From Patescibacteria group bacterium (GTDB taxonomy: Bacteria > Patescibacteriota > Minisyncoccia > Minisyncoccales > GWA2-46-15): a stretch of DNA of 30,013 nt. Under the pieces are notes generated by a model, which saw only the letters and a list, made by a program, of their open reading frames with translations, was not told where the DNA came from and searched no databases. Positions within the stretch are counted from its first letter, which is position 1; each line of letters opens with the position of its first letter. This document shows positions 17,201 through 24,199 of this stretch, piece after piece. The position numbers were made by a program, and so were the translations under genes. The stretch is from positions 1-30,013 of the forward strand of contig JAHIOR010000032.1 of assembly GCA_018895125.1 (NCBI GenBank), in the 5' to 3' direction.

Positions 17201-17911
17201 ATGGCAGTTCTATATATCGTTGCTACTCCTATTGGTAATCTTCAAGATATCAGCTCCCGCGCCATTGAGGTATTGAAGGGAGTTGATTTGATTTTAGCTG
17301 AAGATACCAGGGTTACAAAAAAGCTTTTGGCTCGCTATCAAATCAGAACCAAAACAATCAGCTATCATCAACATAGCCGTTTGGAAAAAATAGATTATTT
17401 TCTAGATTTATTGAAAAGAGGAAAAGATTTAGCCTTGGTTTCAGATGCTGGCACGCCCGGGGTTTCTGATCCCGGCAACATGCTGATAAAAAAAGTGGTT
17501 GAGGTTTTAGGAGATAAAATAGTTTTTATTCCTATTCCTGGCCCTTCGGCATTGGCAGCCGCAGCCAGCATTTCTGGTTTTCCAATGGAAAGATTTTTAT
17601 TCTTGGGCTTTCCCCCGCAAAAGAAAAAAAGAAAAAGATTCTTTGAAGAAATTATTGCCTCAAAATATCCAGTAATTTTTTACGAATCCCGTTACCGGCT
17701 TTTAAAAACCCTAGAGGAGTTGAATAGTATACTAAATACCAAATACCAAATACTAAATACTCGTTTGGTGATTTGCCAGGAGCTGACAAAAATGTTCGAA
17801 AAAACTTATCGAGGGACAATTTCAGAAGTTCTTGATAAAATAAAAGACCAGGATTTAAGAGGAGAGTTCGTGATCATTCTTAGCAATCAAAAAGTTAGAA
17901 AAGATGAGTAA
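17201..17911 (+). CDS. rsmI: 16S rRNA C1402 2'-O-methyltransferase
   Basis: LYIVATPIGNLQDIS.RA, AEDTR, ALVSDAGTPGVSDPG, IPGPSA, YES, ELTK..E, RGEFVII. Confidence 0.96.
   Translation: MAVLYIVATPIGNLQDISSRAIEVLKGVDLILAEDTRVTKKLLARYQIRTKTISYHQHSRLEKIDYFLDLLKRGKDLALVSDAGTPGVSDPGNMLIKKVVEVLGDKIVFIPIPGPSALAAAASISGFPMERFLFLGFPPQKKKRKRFFEEIIASKYPVIFYESRYRLLKTLEELNSILNTKYQILNTRLVICQELTKMFEKTYRGTISEVLDKIKDQDLRGEFVIILSNQKVRKDE
17729..17760 (+). repeat. Intragenic heptamer array (AATACYA)n encoding ILNTKYQILNT
   Basis: ATACTAAATACCAAATACCAAATACTAAATAC; 30/32 identical to 20315-20346. Confidence 0.9.
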
Positions 17912-19469
17912 ATTTTATATCACCGCTGCTATACCCTATGTTAATGCTAAGCCCCATTGCGGCCACGTTTTAGAATTTGTCCAAGTAGATGCGCTTAAAA
18001 GGTATCACCAACTCTTAGGCGAGGAATCATTGTCTCTTTCCGGGGGTGACGAAAATGCTTTGAAGAACGTCCAGGCGGCGGAGAAATCTGGTCGGCCGCT
18101 CAAAGAATTCATTGACGAAAACACGGAAGCTTTCCGGCAACTAGCGATAAAGTTAAACGGCGGATTTGATGTTTGGCAAAGGGGCAGCGACCAGAAACAT
18201 CATTTTCCTTCCAGCCAGAAACTTTGGAAACTCTGCGCCCAAAACGGGGATATCTATAAGAAACCGTATAAAGGGCTTTATTGCGTCGGCTGCGAGGCTT
18301 TTTACACCCGCGAGGAGTTGAACGAAAACGGAGAGTGTTTTGAGCATAGTGGCAAGAAACTTGAAGAAATACAAGAAGAAAATTACTTTTTTGCTCTTTC
18401 AAAATATCAAGATAAGATTATTCAGATTATTGAGGATGGAACTTTTAAGATTGTACCCGAGTTCAGAAAAAACGAAGTTTTAAGTTTTCTCAAAGGCGGG
18501 TTGGTTGATATTTCTATTTCCAGATCGAATGAACGAGCTAAGAATTGGGGCGTGCCCGTGCCGAATGATTCAACACAAAGAATTTATGTTTGGTTTGATG
18601 CTTTGAATATTTATCAAAGCGGCATTGGTTTTGGTTGGGATGAAGAAACGTATAAAAAATGGTGGCCGGCAGATCTTCATATTATTGGCAAGGGAATAAG
18701 CAGGTTTCACGCTATTTACTGGCCAGCTTTTCTTCTTTCGGCCGGGCTTTCTCTGCCTAAGGAACTTTTAGTTCATGGTTATTTGACAGTTGACGGTAAA
18801 AAGATAAGCAAGTCTGATCCTTCGACGATTATAGATCCTGTTCCGATCATTGAAAAATATGGCGTTGACGTTATCCGATATTATCTTTTAGCTAAGGTTT
18901 CTCCTTTTGAAGATGGAGATTTTTCCGAAAGCAAACTAGCAGAGGTTTATAATGCGGATTTAGCCAATGGCTTGGGAAATCTAGTATCTAGGGTTTTAAC
19001 CATGGTGGAAAACTATTGTGAAGGAAAAGTTCCTGAGATTTCTCAAGACCCAGACAGCCATCCTTTAAGAATTGACGAGAATATTTACAACTGGAAAAAA
19101 GCTTGGGTTGACATTGATAAAAACATGGAGGATTTCCACTTTAATGATGCTTTAGCTTCTGTTTGGCGCTTTATCAGCGAAGCGGATAAATATATCGATA
19201 TTCACAAACCATGGGAAATGGCAAAACAGGGCAAAACAGAAGAGCTAAATTGGGTCTTATACGGGCTTTTGGATTCCTTGCATCAGGTTGCCTGGCAGAT
19301 TTATCCTTTTTTACCCGAGACCAGTCAGAAAATAGCTAAGTCTTTAGGGATTAAAGGATTATTAGTTGAAAACCCTTTAAGTAAAAACAGCTGGGTTAAT
19401 ATCAAGTCTGGAACAGCGATTAAGAAGCCAGCTGCGCTTTTTCCCAAGATTGAAGACAAAATCGCTTGA
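17904..19469 (+). CDS. metG: Methionyl-tRNA synthetase (short form without C-terminal tRNA-binding domain)
   Basis: FYITAAIPYVNAKPHCGH, YCVGCE, SISR...WGVPVP, YVWFDAL, IGKGI.RFHAIYWP, KISKS, N.LANGLGNLVSR. Confidence 0.96.
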   Translation: MSKFYITAAIPYVNAKPHCGHVLEFVQVDALKRYHQLLGEESLSLSGGDENALKNVQAAEKSGRPLKEFIDENTEAFRQLAIKLNGGFDVWQRGSDQKHHFPSSQKLWKLCAQNGDIYKKPYKGLYCVGCEAFYTREELNENGECFEHSGKKLEEIQEENYFFALSKYQDKIIQIIEDGTFKIVPEFRKNEVLSFLKGGLVDISISRSNERAKNWGVPVPNDSTQRIYVWFDALNIYQSGIGFGWDEETYKKWWPADLHIIGKGISRFHAIYWPAFLLSAGLSLPKELLVHGYLTVDGKKISKSDPSTIIDPVPIIEKYGVDVIRYYLLAKVSPFEDGDFSESKLAEVYNADLANGLGNLVSRVLTMVENYCEGKVPEISQDPDSHPLRIDENIYNWKKAWVDIDKNMEDFHFNDALASVWRFISEADKYIDIHKPWEMAKQGKTEELNWVLYGLLDSLHQVAWQIYPFLPETSQKIAKSLGIKGLLVENPLSKNSWVNIKSGTAIKKPAALFPKIEDKIA

Positions 19470-19578
19470 CAAGTTAGCTTACTTTTATTCTTTTGGCTTG
19501 AATATTGGCCATCAGCGCGGTGGTCAATCTCAGGTCAAAAAGACCCGAGCCGTTCTTTATACAAAAAGGAGAAAAGCG

Positions 19579-19722
19579 ATGAAAGATCTCTCAAAACTTA
19601 GTTTTAGTGAGCTCCAAGAACTGTTTCTGGAGCTCTCCGAAAAAAAAGAGCTAAACCAAAAAAAGAAAGATCTTTTGGCGCGTGTTCGCGCTGAACTTCA
19701 GCGTATCGCGGATACGCATTAA
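19579..19722 (+). CDS. Small 47-aa helical protein MKDLSKLSFSELQELFLELSEKKELNQKKKDLLARVRAELQRIADTH
   Basis: AAGGAG SD 7 nt before the ATG at 19579 and a terminator just downstream. The track start at 19450 (TTG inside metG) is unlikely. Confidence 0.6.
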   Translation: MKDLSKLSFSELQELFLELSEKKELNQKKKDLLARVRAELQRIADTH

Positions 19723-19729
19723 TGTATTG

Positions 19730-19763
19730 GGGCTCGTGAGAAGATTCGCGAGCCCTTCTTTTT
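19730..19763 (+). terminator. Intrinsic terminator
   Basis: GGGCTCGTGA-gaagat-TCGCGAGCCC (10 bp, one G:U) followed by TTCTTTTT. Confidence 0.85.
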
Positions 19764-19819
19764 AATCGATTAAAATTAGTTTTTAACAGTACAACTTCAT
19801 AAATTTTAATCTAAATATA

Positions 19820-20707
19820 ATGATTATCGATACCCATTGCCATTTGAATTTTAACGCTTTTAAAAACGACATTGATCAAGTTATCAGCCGGTCTTTAGCT
19901 GATAATGTTTGGATAATTAATGTTGGCTCTCAACTGGAAACGAGCAAAAAAGCGGTAGATCTTGCGGAAAAATATCCCCAGGGCGTTTTTGCCTCAGTTG
20001 GTTTACATCCGATCCATGTTACCGGCCATCTAATGAAAAAAGGACTGGATGCGGAAGAATTGGCGGCTCAAGAGAAAATAGGGGAGTTTGATATTGATGA
20101 GTATAGGCAGCTTGTTCTAAATTCGCCAAAAGGGAAAATCGTCGCTATCGGCGAAATCGGCCTGGACTATTACTGGAAACCAAAATCAAAAGCAAAGTTA
20201 GAAGAATTCAAGCAGCTTCAAGAAAAGGCATTGTTGGCGCAAATAGATTTAGCTAAAGAGTTAAACCTACCAGTGATTTTTCATTGCCGCTCCGCCCACG
20301 ATAATCTTATAGAAATACTAAATACCAGATACAAAATACTAAATACAAGCTTGCACGGAGTGATCCATTGTTTTACGGGAAATATAGAACAAATGCAACA
20401 ATATTTGGATATCGGGTTATATCTGGGCTTTAACGGAATTATTTTTAAGCAGATTGCGGGAATTAACTGGCAGGAAATTATTTCAAACACGCCCTTGGAT
20501 AGAATTTTGGTAGAAACCGACGCCCCTTATTTAATTCCTCCAATCAGCGAAGATCAGCATTTGGATCAGCGTCAATCAGCGAACCCGCGGAACGAACCTT
20601 TGTTCGTGAAGCGGGTTGTTCAGGAAATTGCGAAAATCAAAAAATTAAGCTATCAAGAAGTATTAGAAATTACGGTTCAGAACGCCAGAAAACTTTTCAA
20701 AATATGA
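19820..20707 (+). CDS. tatD: TatD family nuclease/hydrolase
   Basis: IDTHCHL, VGLHP, AIGEIGLDYY, IFHCR, GVIHCF, LVETDAPYL, N.R.LF. Confidence 0.95.
   Translation: MIIDTHCHLNFNAFKNDIDQVISRSLADNVWIINVGSQLETSKKAVDLAEKYPQGVFASVGLHPIHVTGHLMKKGLDAEELAAQEKIGEFDIDEYRQLVLNSPKGKIVAIGEIGLDYYWKPKSKAKLEEFKQLQEKALLAQIDLAKELNLPVIFHCRSAHDNLIEILNTRYKILNTSLHGVIHCFTGNIEQMQQYLDIGLYLGFNGIIFKQIAGINWQEIISNTPLDRILVETDAPYLIPPISEDQHLDQRQSANPRNEPLFVKRVVQEIAKIKKLSYQEVLEITVQNARKLFKI
20315..20346 (+). repeat. Second intragenic heptamer array encoding ILNTRYKILNT
   Basis: ATACTAAATACCAGATACAAAATACTAAATAC. Confidence 0.9.
20543..20581 (+). repeat. Four ATCAGC units at 10/12/10-nt spacing inside tatD
   Basis: ATCAGC at 20543, 20553, 20565 and 20575; encodes ISEDQHLDQRQSA. 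Confidence 0.75.
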
Positions 20708-23559
20708 TACCCTACGAACCAGAGAAAATAGAGACAAAATGGCAAGATAAATGGGAGGAACAAAAGATTTATCAAGCCATTGATGGTTCTAAAAAACAGA
20801 AGTTTTACGCCTTAATTGAATTTCCTTATCCGTCAGGGGCTGGCTTTCATGTCGGAAATGCGAGATCTTGGTTAGCCATGGACGCTTATTCTCGCAAAAA
20901 GCGGATGAATGGATTTAATGTTTTATACCCAATGGGTTGGGACGCTTTTGGCTTGCCCGCGGAAAATTATGCCCTAAAGAATAAACTCCATCCTTCTATA
21001 ACCACGGCCCAGAACATCGCCACGTTTAAGAGGCAGATTAAATCATTGGGTCTTTCTTTTGACTGGTCGCGGGAAATCAACACTACCGATCCAAAGTATT
21101 ATAAATGGACCCAGTGGATTTTTCTGAAACTATTGGAAAAAGGTTTGGCATATCGGGCGGAAACTTCGGTTAATTGGTGTCCCATTTGCAAAACTACCTT
21201 GGCCGATGAAGAGGTCTTAGCCGACGGCAGCCACGAAAGATGCGGCAAGCCGACTGAAAAACGTTTTCAAAAACAGTGGCTACTTAAAATAACTGATTAT
21301 GCCCAAAGGCTTTTGGATGATCTTAATTTAGTTGATTATTCTCAGAAAATCAGAGTCCAGCAAGAAAACTGGATCGGTAGAAGCGAAGGAGCTGAACTTA
21401 AATTTGGAATTAAAGGGACTGAATCACAAATCAATGTTTTTACAACAAGGATAGATACTATTTTTGGTGCAAGCGCTTTAGTGGTGGCGCCAGAGCATAA
21501 AATTATTAATCAATTAGAGGATCGGATAAAAAATATTGATGAAGTTAGGGGATATCAAAAAAAAGCAAAGGACAAGTCAGAACTGGAAAGAACCGATCTG
21601 GCAAAAGAAAAAACAGGAGTAAGATTAGAAGGGATAATAGCAGTTAATCCATTTAGCGAAGAAGAAATTCCAGTCTTTGCTGCTGACTATATTATGGAGA
21701 GTTATGGCACGGGCGCTATTATGATGGTGCCAGCTCACGATAATCGTGATTACGGGTTTGCTCAAAAATACAATTTGCCGATCAAAGAAGTTATTGCGCC
21801 CTATTGGCTTGATTCAAAATATCCTCCCAGGCCAGATAAGCAAACAGAGAAGCGGGAAGTGGTTACTATTATTGTCAGGAATCCGAAAGATAAAAAGTTA
21901 CTTTGTCTTAAGTGGAAGAAAGCTGATTGGCAATCATTCCCAACCGGCGGTGTTGAAAATGATGATCCAAAGACTGCCGCTAGAAGAGAGACATTAGAAG
22001 AAACCGGCTACAAAAATCTGAAATTTATTGCTCAAATTCCCGGTTCAACTTATGTGGAATTTTATCGACCTCATAAAGATTCCAATGTGTATGCCCATTT
22101 TCAATATCTTGTATTTGAATTAGAAAACGAGGAGAAAATTGATATTGAAAAAAATGAAATAAATAATCATGAGCCAGTTTGGATTTCGGAAAATGAAATA
22201 GAAAGTTTTATCAACGTAGAAAATCAATTGTTTATGTGGAGGCGTTTTAAAACTCCTGATTTGATTTATACGGGTTATGGTGTATTAATTGATTCGGGAA
22301 AATATTCAGGACTTTTCTCAGAAGATGCTTGCAATAAAATGGTTTCTTGGCTTCAGGAAAAGAATTTGGGTAATGCCACGATAAATTATAAGATGCGAGA
22401 TTGGATTTTTTCCAGGCAGCATTATTGGGGCGAACCCATTCCAGTTATTCATTGTCAGAAATGCGGAGCTGTGCCGGTCCCGGAGACAGATTTACCAGTT
22501 GAGCTTCCTTATGTTGAAAATTACGAACCTTCAGGAACAGGGGAATCTCCTTTAGCTAATATTACAGATTGGGTCAATACTAAATGTCCTCAGTGCCAAG
22601 GGGAAGCTAGAAGAGAAACAGATACTATGCCTAACTGGGCTGGATCAAACTGGTATTTTTTGCGCTATTTAGATCCGGATAACTCCCGGGAAATAGCTGC
22701 TAAGGATAAAATGAAATATTGGATGCCAGTTGATATTTATCAGGGCGGTTTTGAGCACACCACTCTGCATCTCCTTTACTCAAGATTCATCTATAAATTC
22801 CTTTATGACATTGGCGTAGTTCCCGGCCCAGAGCCTTATGCCAAAAGAAGATCGCATGGCATTGTTTTGGGTCCGGATAACAGGAAAATGTCAAAGAGCT
22901 TTGGTAATGTTGTCAATCCTGATGATATTGTCAAAAAACATGGCGCCGACACCTTAAGGCTTTACGAAATGTTTATCGGGCCGTTTGATCAGGCCGTTTC
23001 TTGGAATGAAGACAGTCTTCAAGGATGCTTTAGATTTTTGAACAGGGTCTGGAAATTGTTCCAGGAAAAGGTAAAAGAAGAGGAGACTTCCAAAGATATT
23101 TTAAGAAAACTTCACCAAACAGCGCGCAAAGTTGGTGAAGATATAGAGAATCTGAAATTCAATACCATGGTAGCTTCTTTAATGAAGTTTATTAATGAAT
23201 GGGAAAAGTCATTTCTTTCAAAAGAAGATGCTGAGCTGTTTGTAAAAATAATAGCTCCTTTGGCACCGCATTTAGCTGAAGAAGCCTGGGTTGAAATATT
23301 AAAGAACAAATTTTCAGTTCATCAGCAGCCCTGGCCTAAGTTTGACGAAAAGCTAATTATCGAAGATAAGGTTATTATGGTAATTCAGATTAATGGTAAA
23401 GTTAGGGGACAATTTGAAATGGATAATCAAGACAGTCAAGATCAGGCTAAGGTTACAGACCAGGCAAGAAAACACCCTCAGATCATTAAGTATCTTGAGG
23501 GTAAAGAAGCTAGCAAGAATATTTTCGTACCCGGAAAGCTGATTAATTTCGTTATTTAA
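20704..23559 (+). CDS. leuS: Leucyl-tRNA synthetase with a NUDIX domain inserted in the CP1 editing region
   Basis: EFPYPSG.GFHVGN, GWDAFGLPAEN, TTRIDT, GTGAIMMVPAHD, RDW.FSRQHYWGEPIP, KMSKS; insert contains GGVENDDPKTAARRETLEETGY. Confidence 0.97.
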   Translation: MIPYEPEKIETKWQDKWEEQKIYQAIDGSKKQKFYALIEFPYPSGAGFHVGNARSWLAMDAYSRKKRMNGFNVLYPMGWDAFGLPAENYALKNKLHPSITTAQNIATFKRQIKSLGLSFDWSREINTTDPKYYKWTQWIFLKLLEKGLAYRAETSVNWCPICKTTLADEEVLADGSHERCGKPTEKRFQKQWLLKITDYAQRLLDDLNLVDYSQKIRVQQENWIGRSEGAELKFGIKGTESQINVFTTRIDTIFGASALVVAPEHKIINQLEDRIKNIDEVRGYQKKAKDKSELERTDLAKEKTGVRLEGIIAVNPFSEEEIPVFAADYIMESYGTGAIMMVPAHDNRDYGFAQKYNLPIKEVIAPYWLDSKYPPRPDKQTEKREVVTIIVRNPKDKKLLCLKWKKADWQSFPTGGVENDDPKTAARRETLEETGYKNLKFIAQIPGSTYVEFYRPHKDSNVYAHFQYLVFELENEEKIDIEKNEINNHEPVWISENEIESFINVENQLFMWRRFKTPDLIYTGYGVLIDSGKYSGLFSEDACNKMVSWLQEKNLGNATINYKMRDWIFSRQHYWGEPIPVIHCQKCGAVPVPETDLPVELPYVENYEPSGTGESPLANITDWVNTKCPQCQGEARRETDTMPNWAGSNWYFLRYLDPDNSREIAAKDKMKYWMPVDIYQGGFEHTTLHLLYSRFIYKFLYDIGVVPGPEPYAKRRSHGIVLGPDNRKMSKSFGNVVNPDDIVKKHGADTLRLYEMFIGPFDQAVSWNEDSLQGCFRFLNRVWKLFQEKVKEEETSKDILRKLHQTARKVGEDIENLKFNTMVASLMKFINEWEKSFLSKEDAELFVKIIAPLAPHLAEEAWVEILKNKFSVHQQPWPKFDEKLIIEDKVIMVIQINGKVRGQFEMDNQDSQDQAKVTDQARKHPQIIKYLEGKEASKNIFVPGKLINFVI

Positions 23560-24042
23560 GCGATAACGAGTTCTATTTTAGCTCCAAGAGATTTTAATTT
23601 TTCTTCGATTTTTTCATAGCCACGATCAACTTGTTCGGCTCCAAAGACAATAGTTTTGCCTTTGGCGATGAGTCCGGCCAAGATTAGGGTAACGGTAGAT
23701 CTGATATCAGTGCCGTCAACCTTGGTGCCAAGGAGATTAGTTTTGCAGAAAATCATGGCCCGATGAGGATCAGTAATTTCAATGTCAGCTCCTATTTTAC
23801 GGAGTTCGTGTAAATGGGAAAACCGGTTTTCGTATAAGGGATCGTGAATCAAGCTTTTGCCCGTTGCTTGCGTCAAAAGCAAACAAGTCTGCGGCTGCAG
23901 ATCAGTCGGGAAGCCCGGATGAGGGATTTTAAAGCTGGAAAACCGACCCAAAAGCGGATCAGCAGCATTCTTTGATCCAGAGATCCTGACTTCTCCTTTA
24001 AGGCGCGCGCGTCCCGCCTTTAATAATGAATTTTTCCGGCAT
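23556..24042 (-). pseudogene. murA: murA remnant: N-terminus plus frameshift plus large in-frame internal deletion joined to the C-terminal ~125 codons
   Basis: ATG at 24042 gives MPEKFIIKGGTR. After 4 extra nt in a (GC)n run the sequence reads LKGEVRISGSKNAADPLL, joined in frame to PHPGFPTDLQP...YENRF...DIRS...DRGYE.IEEKL..LGA.IE. Confidence 0.88.
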
Positions 24043-24068
24043 TTACCAGGATTAATGTAAAAAATATC

Positions 24069-24107
24069 TTATAGCGGGCAGGATGCCCGATATATCGTAC
24101 TCGCTAT
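24069..24107. repeat. Second full copy of the structured palindromic element
   Basis: TTATAGCGGGCAGGATGCCCGATATATCGTACTCGCTAT. Confidence 0.85.
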
Positions 24108-24153
24108 GGGAAGATAAGAGATCTTCACCTTGTCGTAAATTCAGTTTATGATA

Positions 24154-24174
24154 TATTGGACAAAGTGTCCAATA
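24154..24174. promoter_or_regulatory. Perfect 9-bp inverted repeat, candidate operator
   Basis: TATTGGACA-aag-TGTCCAATA, 25 nt upstream of the yvcK ATG. Confidence 0.55.
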
Positions 24175-24199
24175 CTCTTTTTAAGAGTTAAGATTAAGG

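Noticed and set aside
19466-19494. TTGACA promoter for the small ORF
   Set aside because: No acceptable -10 hexamer at 16-18 bp spacing; TATTCT is only 14 bp away.
19450-19578. 90-aa version of the small ORF
   Set aside because: It starts at a TTG inside metG. The SD supports the ATG at 19579.
23549-23569. Hairpin TCGTTAT/ATAACGA over the overlapping leuS and murA stop codons
   Set aside because: A weak AT-rich 7-bp stem with no U-tract; cannot be called a terminator.
23817-23945. 9-bp direct repeat GGAAAACCG (23817-23825, 23937-23945) near the murA junction
   Set aside because: It may be a rearrangement scar, but it is short, and the deletion endpoints cannot be defined without an intact orthologue.
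24009-24018. GCGTCCCGCC shared with 5024-5033
   Set aside because: At 24009-24018 it is explained by murA codons (KGGTR), and a single 10-mer match is weak.
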